The notes: a model not told the origin generated them from the sequence alone. Numbered from the whole stretch's first letter, positions 28,194-40,095 are shown. The stretch: 63,486 bases of DNA, filler included, from Octopus bimaculoides (GCF_001194135.2; 4 parts of 4 records of this genome joined end to end with filler, not necessarily neighbours in it), one strand, 5' to 3'. Made by a program: numbers and translations.

Positions 28194-28415
28194 AGTGTGT
28201 GTATGTGTGTAAATATATGTCTATAATGTGGGTTATAGACATATTTGATAGTTATGAAATGTAGATTTATATATATGATACATAGATATAAAATATAGAT
28301 TGTGTATATGTGATGTTGGTGTGTCAAACTATATATTTTGCACATGTGATATATATAAAATGTAAGTTTTAAATATATGATATATATATATATTATATGT
28401 ATATATGGCATATTT

Positions 28416-28458
<43 letters not shown>

Positions 28459-28912
28459 GTGTGTGTGTGTGTATGTATGTGTGTACATAGTGTATATTTT
28501 ATTTCTAAATATATATGTATGTATGTATAATGAATCTTATGTGTGTATATATATTTAATATGTATATTTAATATATATATAACACTAGTTTCAATCATGT
28601 ACTTAATGAACTCCTGGAGCTATTTCAATATACCCTGGGGTGTGTGTATATACATACACATATATACACAAACACACACACATCGTAATTAGTGGTCATT
28701 GCAGACCTGTAATAGTAGTAGAGAACCAATGTACAGTTGGCTCAAACCTGGTGCCACATGTTTGGCTGCAGAGTTCTTTAACCAAACAGCAATAACCATA
28801 AATATATACTATCGTGTGTGTGTATACAAACACGCACACACAAACATTAATACATAATAATTATAGGGTTTGATATTTCATAATATATCTTGCACATACT
28901 GTTAAACAAAGC

Positions 28913-28953
<41 letters not shown>

Positions 28954-29053
28954 NNNNNNNNNNNNNNNNNNNNNNNNNNNNNNNNNNNNNNNNNNNNTTA
29001 ATTAATTAANNNNNNNNNNNNNNNNNNNNNNNNNNNNNNNNNNNNNNNNNNNN

Positions 29054-29262
29054 AAAGTTGCACAAGATTGGTCCTGGACGGCAGAGTTGCTTGAGAGCAA
29101 CGCGATACTCGCGGTGCCATTCGCCGAGCCTAGGTCTCTGTTTAATCCACGACTGCAGTTCGGCTAAGGAGACGAGCTGCGGGAAAGCGCGCCGCACAAA
29201 CGGCGACCACACCTGTTCACCGTCGTCTATGAAGCGCCGGAGATGTCGCAGTCTCAGCGCAT
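29054..29262 (-). mobile_element. CpG-rich LINE ORF2 fragment, possibly L1/Tx1 clade
   Basis: Open frame ALRLRHLRRFIDDGEQVWSPFVRRAFPQLVSLAELQSWIKQRPRLGEW; resembles post-RT regions of non-LTR elements. The clade assignment is from recall only. Confidence 0.4.
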
Positions 29263-29334
29263 AGATAGATAGATAGATAGATAGATATAGATATAAATAC
29301 GTACAATGCCCTTGTTTCATTTTCTCTCTACTAA

Positions 29335-29460
29335 ATCCACACACAAGGATTTGGTCTGCTCAGGGCTATAGAAGACATTTACCCAAGGTACCATACACTG
29401 GGATTGACCCTAAAACTATGTGTTTGTGATAGAAATATCTTACCAAACAAACATACCTGC
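29335..29460 (-). mobile_element. SINE family A, 5' half
   Basis: ctactaaatccacacacaaggatttggtctgctcagggctatagaagac... is the reverse complement of the family A head. Confidence 0.7.
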
Positions 29461-29839
29461 ACCTATAACTAATTATGTTCCACATAGCTAACTTTATTTG
29501 GCTGTACTAATTAGTGAGTAAGCATGACACACATTATGATTAGCAGTTTAATATCTTAAACAACAGCAGTAGCAACAACAACAACAGCAGCAGCAGCAGC
29601 AAAAACAAAAACAACAGCAGTAGCAGTAATAACATCAGAAGCAGCAGCTGCAGTGGCAAAAACAGCAGCAGCAGCAGCAGCTCTTTTGACGTAATAAACC
29701 TCTGATACCAGAAGTCAATCACTGAATTACATGCCTCAGGTATGTCTTCCTTAAAATGCATGAAATAAAAGACCAAAACATTACTTTGATATCTTGTTTG
29801 TCTTTTGGTTTAGGGATGGTTTAGCTGGTGAGTTAGAAT

Positions 29840-31790
29840 GGATGGGTTGGTGAATGGGTGGGTGGGGGTTGTTACATGCTTCGTTGGTTGGTTAGTTGGT
29901 TGGTGTGATGGTTGGCTATGTTGGTTTGATAGTGTGTTAGCTGGTTGCTTGATTGGTGTACTACTTGGCTGTTATGTTGCTTGGTTGTGTTGCTTGGTTG
30001 TTGCGTTGCTTGGTTGTATTGCTTGGCTGGTGTGATGATTGGTTGTTGTGTTGCTTGGCTGTTGTGTTGCTTTGTTGTCGTGTTGCTTCGCTGTTGTGTT
30101 GCTTCGCTGTTATGTTGCTTGGCTGTTCCGTTGCTTGGTTATTGCATTGCTTGGTTGTGTTGCTTGGCTGTTGCATTGCTTGGTTGTATTGCTTGGCTGG
30201 TGTGATGATTGGTTGTTGTGTTGCTTGGCTGTTGTGTTGCTTGGTTGTTGTGTTGCTTGGCTGGCATCTTTCTTGCTGTTGCATTGCTTGGTTGTGTTGC
30301 TTGGTTGTTGTGTTGCTTGGCTGGTGTGTTGCTTGGCTGGTGTGTTGCTTGGCTGGTGTGTTGCTTGGCTGGTGTGTTGCTTGGCTGGTGTGTTGCTTGG
30401 CTGGTGTGTTGCTTGGTTGTTGTGNNNNNNNNNNNNNNNNNNNNNNNNNNNNNNNNNNNNNNNNNNNNNNNNNNNNNNNNNNNNNNNNNNNNNNNNNNNN
30501 NNNNNNNNNNNNNNNNNNNNNNNNNNNNNNNNNNNNNNNNNNNNNNNNNNNNNNNNNNNNNNNNNNNNNNNNNNNNNNNNNNNNNNNNNNNNNNNNNNNN
30601 NNNNNNNNNNNNNNNNNNNNNNNNNNNNNNNNNNNNNNNNNNNNNNNNNNNNNNNNNNNNNNNNNNNNNNNNNNNNNNNNNNNNNNNNNNNNNNNNNNNN
30701 NNNNNNNNNNNNNNNNNNNNNNNNNNNNNNNNNNNNNNNNNNNNNNNNNNNNNNNNNNNNNNNGTTGTGTTGCTTGGCTGTTGTGTTGCTTGGTTGTTGT
30801 GTTGCTTGGCTGGCATCTTTCTTGCTGTTGCATTGCTTGGTTGTGTTGCTTGGTTGTTGTGTTGCTTGGCTGGTGTGTTGCTTGGCTGTTGTGTTGCTTG
30901 GCGGTTGTGTTGCTTAGCTATTGTGTTGCTTGGCTGGTGTGTTGCTTGACTGGTGTGTTGCTTGGTTGTTGTGTTGCTTCGCGGTTGTGTTGTTTAGCTG
31001 TTGTGTTGCTCGGTTGTTGCGTTGCTTAGCTATTGTGTTGCTTAGCTGTTGTGTTGCTTGGCTGTTGTGTTGCTTGACTGGTGTGTTGCTTGACTGGTGT
31101 GTTGCTTGGCTGGTGTGTTGCTTGGTTGTTGTGTTGCTTGGCTGGTGTGTTGCTTGGCTGTTGTGTTGCCTGGTTGTTGTGTTGCTTGGCGGTTGTGTTG
31201 TTTAGCTGTTGTGTTGCTTGGTTGTTGCGTTGCTTAGCTATTGTGTTGCTTAGCTGTTGTGTTGTTTAGCTGTTGTGTTGCTTGGTTGTTGCGTTGCTTA
31301 GCTATTGTGTTGCTTGGTTGTTGTGTTGCTTGGCTGTTGTGTTGCTTGGCTGCTGTGTTGCTTGGTTGTTGTGTTGCTTGGCTGTTGTGTTGCTTGGTTG
31401 TTGTGTTGCTTGGCTGTTGCGTTGCTTAGCTATTGTGTTGCTTGGTGTTTGTGTTGCTTGGCTGTTGCGTTGCTTGGTGTTTGTGTTGCTTAGCTGTTGT
31501 GTTGCTTGGCTGGTGTGTTGCTTGGCTGGTGTGTTGCTTGGTTGTTGTGTTGCTTGGCTGTTGCGTTGCTTAGCTATTGTGTTGCTTGGTGTTTGTGTTG
31601 CTTGGCTGTNNNNNNNNNNGGCTGGTGTGTTGCTTGGCTGGTGTGTTGCTTGGTTGTTGTGTTGCTTGGCTGTTGCGTTGCTTAGCTATTGTGTTGCTTG
31701 GTGTTTGTGTTGCTTGGCTGTTGCGTTGCTTGGTTGTTGTGTTGCTTGGCTGTTGTGTTGCTTGGCTGGTGTGGTGATTAGCTAGGTGGT
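29840..31790. repeat. 16-bp minisatellite, consensus GCTGTTGTGTTGCTTG, about 1.9 kb including a gap
   Basis: Tandem variants GCTGTT/GTTGTT/GCTGGT/GCTATT/GTGTTT + GTGTTGCTT(G/A); explains all the Cys/Leu/Val/Trp and Gln/His/Asn ORFs here. Confidence 0.95.
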
Positions 31791-31873
31791 TGACTTATGA
31801 GTTGTTTAATTCCACATCAGGTTTTATATCAGCAGACCAATGATCAGTGCCATTCCATGTTTGACCATCCCTT

Positions 31874-32102
31874 TTAACCTTTTAGCATTCAGATTATTCT
31901 GGCAAATTTAATGCTTATTTGTTCACATTGTTTACAATTAATCATACTTTATCTTATAGCTTTGAAATTGCAATGACATGACTGCATAGTTTTAGAATGA
32001 TATTGTAGGGCAGATAGTGAGAGGTCAGATCTGGCCAGATTGGGTATAAAACGGGTAGAATATTAGGGCCAGATATGGATGGTTTAAATGCTAAAGGGTT
32101 AA
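31874..32102. mobile_element. piggyBac-type MITE with TIRs and TTAA target-site duplication
   Basis: TTAAccttttagcatt ... aatgctaaagggTTAA terminal inverted repeats. Confidence 0.85.
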
Positions 32103-32202
32103 TACCACTGTACTGTACCATGCACTATACATAGCCTTCCTCCTGTAAATTTGGTCGACCAAAATTTTATGAACTACATGCAACAGGATCTACACAGAAA
32201 TC

Positions 32203-32245
<43 letters not shown>

Positions 32246-32751
32246 TGTGTGTGTGCGTGCGTGCGTGCTTATGCATATATGTATGTGTAATTTATAGAGT
32301 TAAGGGAGAGAAAAAGAATTTTTGTATGAGCAGAACCTTCTTTTTTTTTTATTAAATCAGCAGAAGATTCAATGTAAAAAATTTTCTGTTGTAATGTGTC
32401 AAAACAAATCATTTTTACATTTGTAGACAACATTTTTTTTATTGCATTTCCTATTCAGGGGACAATTTAAGGGCTCTCTGTATGTGCATCAATGATTTTT
32501 GATTATATATCTTTTTTTCAATACCAAAACAATGCAAGTTATAAAATAATAATGGTTGATAGTTTTACCTGATATTTCAATATTTCAGGGTTGGGATCTC
32601 TTTGTCAGGACCTCTTCCCCAGGAAATGCTTCAAGAAGAACTATTATTCACTGATTTTTCTGAAATACTGAAATACCAGGTAAAAAAAATCTACAACCTG
32701 TTTTATTTTATAACTTGCATTGTTTTGGCTTTTCAAAAAATATTTGTATAT

Positions 32752-32805
32752 TTGTACCCCAGTGTCACTTTGATGTGTGTGACATGTGCTGCTCCCTCGC
32801 TTAAT
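32752..32805 (+). mobile_element. 3' fragment of TAA-associated repeat family C
   Basis: accccagtgtcactttgatg...tgctgctccctcgcttaataat matches the 3' ends of 41761-42318 and 46659-47217. Confidence 0.6.
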
Positions 32806-32826
32806 AATGATGAAGATGATGATGAT

Positions 32827-33060
32827 CTGATATATAAAATTCACTGTGTGTGTGTATGTGTATGTGTGTGTGTGTGTGTGTGTTTCCTCTATGCACGACC
32901 AAACAGCTGGATCAATCTGTACCAAATTTGGCATGAAGGTTCTTCATTACTCAGGAAGGGTCCAGGGTGGTATCAAATTGTCATGTTTTTGTTCCCAACT
33001 TTGTCCCCCCATAAATCCTAAATTTTATTTTAGAATTTATAGGACTAATTGTTTTTGAAG
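32827..33060 (+). mobile_element. Non-autonomous Helitron-like element, 5' part
   Basis: TC-tgatatataaaa start, (TG)n, then cctctatgcacg...accaaatttggcatg; related copy at 61330-61575 (-). Confidence 0.5.
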
Positions 33061-33074
33061 ACTCATATTGTCAT

Positions 33075-33239
33075 TGAATGCTCGAAATGAGGAGTAGATA
33101 GACAGCTGACAACTGATGAAGGGTCCTTTCTCTGTTTACTTGTCCTGTTTTCCATTTTTTCTCATTGTTTACATATTTAACTCGTTTGTTTACGTATTTC
33201 ATGTTGTTTGCACCGTTGGTGATGTTCTGTACCCATATA

Positions 33240-33245
<6 letters not shown>
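33075..33245. mobile_element. Probable Penelope-type terminal repeat fragment
   Basis: tagacagctgacaactgatgaaggg followed by a T-rich tract; resembles PLE terminal repeats. Family assignment is uncertain. Confidence 0.3.
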
Positions 33246-33275
<30 letters not shown>

Positions 33276-33478
33276 NNNNNNNNNNNNNNNNNNNNNNNNN
33301 NNNNNNNNNNNNNNNNNNNNNNNNNNNNNNNNNNNNNNNNNNNNNNNNNNNNNNNNNNNNNNNNNNNNNNNNNNNNNNNNNNNNNNNNNNNNNNNNNNNN
33401 NNNNNNNNNNNNNNNNNNNNNNNNNNNNNNNNNNNNNNNNNNNNNNNNNNNNNNNNNNNNNNNNNNNNNNNNNNNNNN

Positions 33479-33521
<43 letters not shown>

Positions 33522-33544
33522 CACGTCATTTGTATATAGAGATG

Positions 33545-33720
33545 CAGGCATGGCTGAGTGGTAAAAAGTTTGCTTCCCAATCACATGGTTCTGGGTTCAG
33601 TTCCACAACATAGTACCTTGGGCAAATGTCTTCCCTATGACATGGCCCCTAACCAACAAAACCCTTGGAACAGGATTTGGCACATAGAAATTGAAAGAAG
33701 CCAATCATATATGTACACAC
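33545..33720 (+). mobile_element. SINE family A, 5' half
   Basis: ggcatggctgagtggtaaaaagtttgcttcccaatcacatggttctgggttcagttcc. Confidence 0.8.
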
Positions 33721-33749
33721 ACACATACACACACACATATATATATACA

Positions 33750-36128
33750 CTAGTAGAAACACTGGGAGTTGCCTGGGTTAAAGAGAATAATGAAATTTCA
33801 AAACGCCATCAAGATTACGCAGGTCTCAACCGCTAGTAGCTGAGATACCAACTTTCTACTCTAATAACTCTCCAACCCATGCTAGCATGGAACAGAGACA
33901 TGAAGTTAAATGTTAAAAGAAACTTTTCAACTCATAGGTGGATACAAAGTAAATAACACGTAATTAAAAAACACGTTTTGTGTAGCTTATTTCGTAACCA
34001 AAAAACTGGTATAGATTATAAATAATGAAAGGCCGATTTTAGTGATTCATTTGACAGAGGTAATAAAAAGCCAATCCGATGATAAGGAGCCAATCTAACC
34101 TTGGATCTTGAAAGTTTGCATGACTTCTGGTTCACTTAAAATCTCTTGTGGCTCCAAATAGTGTCATCTGCAGTGCAGCATTGTATTGTGCAATTTAGTT
34201 TTGGAAGTGCTTGGAATCTTGGTCAGTTGATGACAACAGTTTCTTTAATGGCTCTGGAGGTTGGGGGATTGCAGGGAATTTAAACTTTCCATCATTGCAG
34301 CACAGTGCAGGTGTCTCTCCAGGTCACTTCCTTGCTTTACAATATATGCACTCAATTGTCATTGCACCAATGGAAACTCTAGTGTCATCTGCATAATGAA
34401 CTGCTGGATCATAATTGAAAGCTACTTCATAGAAGTTGCTTCTCTAAGTTGTTAAAACTGCTCTTCATTCTGCAGTGGAGATCCTATTCTTTGTCAGCTG
34501 TGCATACCTCTGTTCATCACTTCGAGATGCTCTGGCTTTTGTATTTCACAGTCTGTACGTTTCTTGGTATGCTTCCCTTTCTACAGCTGTCTCTCTTTCC
34601 CTGAACAGAGATATTCTTTCGGCTGACCTTGACATTGCAGATAAATTTGACACTTTCCTTCTAGGCATGGTTATATACATAAACAGAAATACACATGTGC
34701 GGAATATAGTAAACAATGAAAATAACTGGATAACGGAAATTATATTTCTTAATACGACGGGCAGAAAATAAATAAGAAATTTTTACAAAAAATAAAGAAT
34801 TGTATGGGTAGAAGCGAAATTTGTCACTTAGTGAACCAAACAGCCAGTATCAAAGGAACCAGAAAAAAGCCGTTAACAACAAAAAACACAAAATCGTTAC
34901 AAAAGTAAATTTTGCAAAAGAAATTTTTAGGGAAATTGACTAAGTGTATGGATTTAAATGACATTTTTGAAATTACTTCTGTCAGTAAATTAGGAATGAA
35001 ATTACTTTCATCAGTAATTATGAACTTCTTTCTGTCAGTAATTTGTCGTTGTTGTTTGTAAATAGCGATTGAAAACTTGTAATGAAAACAATAGTGATTG
35101 AACTTAAAGGGAAAACAATAGCGTCTGAAAAATGAAAGTGAAAACAATAGAGAGTGAGTGAGATATAAGAAAGAGAGGAGAGAACGAGTGCTAGCTAGTT
35201 AGACAAATAAGATAGATATAAATAGATAAGATACAGCCAGATAGATACAAAGAAATAGATATAGAGATAAAGATAGAGAGAGAGATAGAGATAGATAGAG
35301 AGAGATGGATAGAGAGATATAGATAGAGAGACATAGATATAGATGCCACTGACGATAGAGAGATATAAATATAGGCGTCAATGATGCTAGAAAACTGGAA
35401 GTAAATATTTTTAAAAACTTTCAAAGATGTGAATCTAANNNNNNNNNNGTGCTAGCTAGTTAGACAAATAAGATAGATATAAATAGATAAGATACAGCCA
35501 GATAGATACAAAGAAATAGATATAGAGATAAAGATAGAGAGAGAGATAGAGATAGATAGAGAGAGATGGATAGAGAGATATAGATAGAGAGACATAGATA
35601 TAGATGCCACTGACGATAGAGAGATATAAATATAGGCGTCAATGATGCTAGAAAACTGGAAGTAAATATTTTTAAAAACTTTCAAAGATGTGAATCTAAT
35701 ACAAAAAGCAATATTTCTTATTTTTAATAAAAAAAAAAAAATAAATGAAAAACCTAACGTATGTCCGAGGTCAAATTATTCACGAATCACAAGTATGAAA
35801 GCAATTGGTGAAGCCGTTTTCATGTGAAAAGCAGATATATCAGATGAGACTATGGTAATTTGTTGACCAATGGATGCAAGGGAGACAATCAATTTCTGAA
35901 AGTTACTTCCCAAAGAGTTACCTCCCTTTTCCACGTAAGCCAGGAACGAGTGTTTTCTGCTCCTAGAGGGCCTGTAATTCATCATGGGAAACATTTTAAG
36001 ATTCTAAAACCATCTCCGGAACATAAGTAATGTATGTTCTCAGTTTGGAGAAAATCAGTTGAAAAATACGGCTGTTATAATCTTTTATACACATACACAC
36101 ACACACAGAACGAGATTTATATTACAGA
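33750..36128 (-). mobile_element. Internally deleted Helitron with both termini and a RepHel N-terminal pseudogene (about 34030-34670)
   Basis: Minus strand: A|TCtgtaatataaa 5' end at 36128; 3' hairpin cccaggcaactcccag + 8 nt + CTAG|T at 33753-33750. Degenerate ORF MPRRKVSNLS...CIYCKARK*PGETPALCCNDGKFKFPAIPQPPEPLKKLL...KHFQN*IAQYNAALQMTLFGA is typical of the Helitron RepHel N-terminus. Confidence 0.85.
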
Positions 36129-36186
36129 TATGCACACATGCAAACACACACACACACATACACACACATATACACACATACACATA

Positions 36187-38870
36187 CTAGCAATGCATCC
36201 CGTCGCTGCCCGAGTGCTATGACATACAGCCATATTCATTATTTACATTATTTACATTTGACGGATATTTGTCCTTGTCTTATTTGTTGTTAACACAGCC
36301 TTTCGGCTGATATACCCTCCAGCCTATATCAGCCGAAACGTTGTGTTAACAACAAACAAGATGAGGACAAATATCCGTCAAATGTAAATAATGTAAATAA
36401 TGTACATAATTCCTCATCTCTTAAATTATGACCTGCAGCCATATTGTATTATTTGTTCCTTTCTTATGGGCAGAATCAGCACAGATGATATATAGTGAAC
36501 TGGATTACTGGTGTAATGGNNNNNNNNNNNNNNNNNNNNNNNNNNNNNNNNNNNNNNNNNNNNNNNNNNNNNNNNNNNNNNNNNNNNNNNNNNNNNNNNN
36601 NNNNNNNNNNNNNNNNNNNNNNNNNNNNNNNNNNNNNNNNNNNNNNNNNNNNNNNNNNNNNNNNNNNNNNNNNNNNNNNNNNNNNNNNNNNNNNNNNNNN
36701 NNNNNNNNNNNNNNNNNNNNNNNNNNNNNNNNNNNNNNNNNNNNNNNNNNNNNNNNNNNNNNNNNNNNNNNNNNNNNNNNNNNNNNNNNNNNNNNNNNNN
36801 NNNNNNNNNNNNNNNNNNNNNNNNNNNNNNNNNNNNNNNNNNNNNNNNNNNNNNNNNNNNNNNNNNNNNNNNNNNNNNNNNNNNNNNNNNNNNNNNNNNN
36901 NNNNNNNNNNNNNNNNNNNNNNNNNNNNNNNNNNNNNNNNNNNNNNNNNNNNNNNNNNNNNNNNNNNNNNNNNNNNNNNNNNNNNNNNNNNNNNNNNNNN
37001 NNNNNNNNNNNNNNNNNNNNNNNNNNNNNNNNNNNNNNNNNNNNNNNNNNNNNNNNNNNNNNNNNNNNNNNNNNNNNNNNNNNNNNNNNNNNNNNNNNNN
37101 NNNNNNNNNNNNNNNNNNNNNNNNNNNNNNNNNNNNNNNNNNNNNNNNNNNNNNNNNNNNNNNNNNNNNNNNNNNNAAATCGGGAAGGGGAGGGAGAAAA
37201 TTAAGATATTGAGAACATGTCTTTTGGACGAAATCCTAATCTCCTGTTTTGAAATTATAGGAATCGGAATAAATTAAGGAAAATAATTGGATGGGGGTGG
37301 GGACACAAATGTCACCTGGGACAAGCTAGAAACAACAGGTAATGAACAGGGTTACTTGGAGAACTTCCCTTTCAATTTAAATTGAAGATTAGGTTTTTAA
37401 ATACACTCATCACAAACACAAATTACAGTTTAGAAAAAGATGATTTCAATGAGATTTGAGCTGCAATTTTGCGCATGGGCATTGCAAGAAATAGCATAAT
37501 TCATACAGAAGTTTTACCTAGTGTGTGTATATATGTGTGTGCGTGTGTATGTGTGTGTGTGTGTGTGTGCGTGTGTGTGTGCGTGTGCGCGCGTGCGCGC
37601 ACCAAAAGAAGTTATTTTATAGCATTCTTTCGTTTGAAGCAGGAAAGTTGTCAACTCGATCATATGAGATCATATGATTGTTTGTTAATTTCTATAAATC
37701 TTTTTATTCCTTTATGCTTTGAAGAGAGCAGAAACTGAAAGAGAGGAGAAAGTGAAAAGGCAACATTTGCTTTGACGTGAGAGCAGAAAGTGAAAGCTGT
37801 ATGTACGTGTATATGAAATGGACGTGTGTGTGTGTAAGAGAGAGAGAGAGAGTGAGTGAAGCAGTGTGTTGTCATGTATGTGTTTTTTGCATTTATGTGT
37901 TAGTGGCACTCACTCACTCATTCACTCACTCACTCACTCACTCACTCTCTTGCACATACACACACATTATCTTTCATATACACGTACATAAATACATATG
38001 CATACATCTTTTTTTGTATGAATGTTTGCGTGTGCATGTGAATGAGTGACTGTATTTCCTCATAACATACAGAGAAATGGATGTCTTTTAAGGAACACAC
38101 TCATATAGAAAATATGACGTCGTCGTCGTAGTAGTATTGAATGTCGTTTAGGATAGTTGAATTATAGAAAGATTTTAATGTTAAATTGTTGCAATGCAAA
38201 TATGTATATGAAAATAAAGTTTATTTCTTAGCCGAAAGATTTCTGAACCTTTTAGTACCCCCATACATCAAAATCAGCAACTCAGTTTTTGAATGTAGTC
38301 ATTAATTTTGTTAAAATTTTTTATTTCTTTATGTTTTGAAGAGACCAGAAATTGAAAGAGAAGAGAAAGTGAAACCGCGATGTTTGCTTTGAAGTGAGAG
38401 CAGAAAGTGAAAAAGAGGAGGAAGTGAAAGATGTATGTACGTGTATATGAAATGGACGTGTGTATGAGTGTATCCGTAGTCTGATCACAAGTTCTAACTC
38501 TTATATCTGTGTAAATCTTCTATATATCTACGTATAATTTGATATTCATTAATAAAGATAAGTTTAACACATTAAATAAACGTGTAACATCTTCATTAAT
38601 GCTGCCACTGAATTTAGTACGTTTATATTACTTATGAGGTATTCTATATTTTTCAGTTGGAGTGTAGGTGGGTCTCAAGGGGGTGGTACAAACCTAGCAA
38701 TATGTGTTTTATAGTGAAAACAAAATTTCCATTCAAATGGCAATTACCGGACGATTTTCTGTTCGAGTCTGTTTTAAGTCTAAGTGGAAACACGACCGAT
38801 TGTCGCAAATAGGCATGCAAATTTTGTATAAATTATATAACTGAAAAATTTACTATATTTTGTACATATA
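36187..38870 (-). mobile_element. Second Helitron-like element (3' end clear, 5' end uncertain)
   Basis: Minus strand ctcgggcagcgacggg hairpin + atgcattg + CTAG|T at 36190-36187; internal duplicated blocks 37720-37830/38338-38462; block 38094-38298 shared with the next element. Confidence 0.55.
36237..36402. repeat. Palindrome, 2x78 bp with 10-nt loop (Penelope-like terminal repeat family)
   Basis: Arms 36237-36314 and 36325-36402, 5 mismatches by hand alignment; related deleted copy at 54456-54562. Confidence 0.9.
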
Positions 38871-38876
38871 AGTATA

Positions 38877-39512
38877 CCAGCCTGCGAGCGCAATTACGCC
38901 CGCGGGTGGGGGTTTCCTCACCCCTGATATAGAGAAATAGATATTTTTAAATGCAAACACTCATATAGAAAATGTGACGTTGTCGTCATTGTTGACGTTG
39001 TGTTATATAATGTTTATGATAGTTGACTTATAGAAAAGATTATAATGTAAAATTTTTATAATGCAAATATGTAAATGAAAATAAAGTTTATTTCGTAGAC
39101 TTAAAATTACTGAGTCTTTTGATACCCCTTATGTCAAAATTGGCAACTCAGTTTTCGAATGCATAAGGAAGATACGCACACATAATGTGCACGCGCGCAA
39201 ATGCTCTTTCATATATATATGTCTGTCATTCTCTCTGTCTGTCTCTCACATTCCCTCTGTGTCTATCTCTTTCTGCCTCCTTCCCTTCCTTGATATCAGC
39301 CGCCCTCATGCCACATTTCTTTGAACCTAACACTTTTGCACCCTTCTCATTTTATCATGTAATATCCCAATCACTGTAGTCAGTCTATTATCGATTTTTA
39401 TTGAAATTCAATTAGCTTATAGTTCAACATATATACAAAGTTTGGTGAAGATTGATTGCCTGGTGTGGGTAGCAAGATGGTAACGGACAGAGAGAAATTG
39501 GCATATATATAT
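38877..39512 (-). mobile_element. Third, non-autonomous Helitron-like element
   Basis: Minus strand: TA-rich start, ctctctgtccg...caccaaactttg, GC hairpin cccgcgggcg-taattg-cgctcgcagg followed by CTGG|T at 38880-38877; block 38955-39163 homologous to 38094-38298. Confidence 0.55.
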
Positions 39513-39540
39513 ATATCTGATATACATACATACATACATT

Positions 39541-39924
39541 GTTGTTGGCACTCCATCGCTTATGATGTTGAGGGTTCCAGTTGATCCGATCAACAGAACA
39601 GCCTGCTCATGGAATTAACGTGCAAGTGGCTGAGCACTCCACAGACACGTGTACCCTTAACGTAGTTCTCGGGGATATTCAGTGTGACACAGTGTGACAA
39701 GGCTGACCCTTTGAAATACAGGCACAACAGAAACAGAAAGTAAGAGTGAGAGAAAGTTGTGGTGAAAGAGTACAGCAGGGTTTGCCACCATCCCCTGCCG
39801 GAGCCTCGTGGAGCTTTAGGTGTTTTCGCTCAATAAACACTCACAACGCCCGGTCTGGGAATCGAAACCGCGATCCTATGACTGCAAATCCGCTGCCCTA
39901 ACTACTGGGCCATTGCGCCTCCAC
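39541..39924 (-). mobile_element. tRNA-derived SINE family B, full length
   Basis: Reverse complement head gtggaggcgcaatggcccagtagttagggcagcggatttgcagtcataggatcgcggtttcgattcccagacc (A and B boxes); body matches 48809-49151. Confidence 0.9.
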
Positions 39925-40051
39925 ACATACATNNNNNNNNNNNNNNNNNNNNNNNNNNNNNNNNNNNNNNNNNNNNNNNNNNNNNNNNNNNNNNNNNNNN
40001 NNNNNNNNNNNNNNNNNNNNNNNNNNNNNNNNNNNNNNNNNNNNNNNNNNN

Positions 40052-40092
<41 letters not shown>

Positions 40093-40095
<3 letters not shown>

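Noticed and set aside
28998-29009. TTAATTAATTAA between N runs (also at about 57296-57307 and 61272-61283)
   Set aside because: Identical six-frame-stop spacer flanked by Ns; an assembly linker, not biology.
29838-31785. Cys/Leu/Trp-rich and Gln/His/Asn-rich ORFs; possible CRISPR-like array
   Set aside because: Contiguous 16-bp tandem units without unique spacers; the ORFs are a by-product of strand composition.
33085-33130. Intact hammerhead ribozyme at CTGATGA sites (about 33113 and 61590)
   Set aside because: No properly placed stem II-GAAA-stem III-NUH downstream of either.
35189-35698. Perfect tandem duplication of about 250 bp (similar cases at about 46.75, 48.45, 62.58 and 63.33 kb)
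   Set aside because: Identical copies separated by a gap of about 10 N: unmerged overlapping contig ends.
39860-39924. tRNA-like sequences (also about 41630-41704 and family A/F heads)
   Set aside because: They continue into multi-copy SINE bodies and lack a clean acceptor stem; SINE heads, not tRNA genes.
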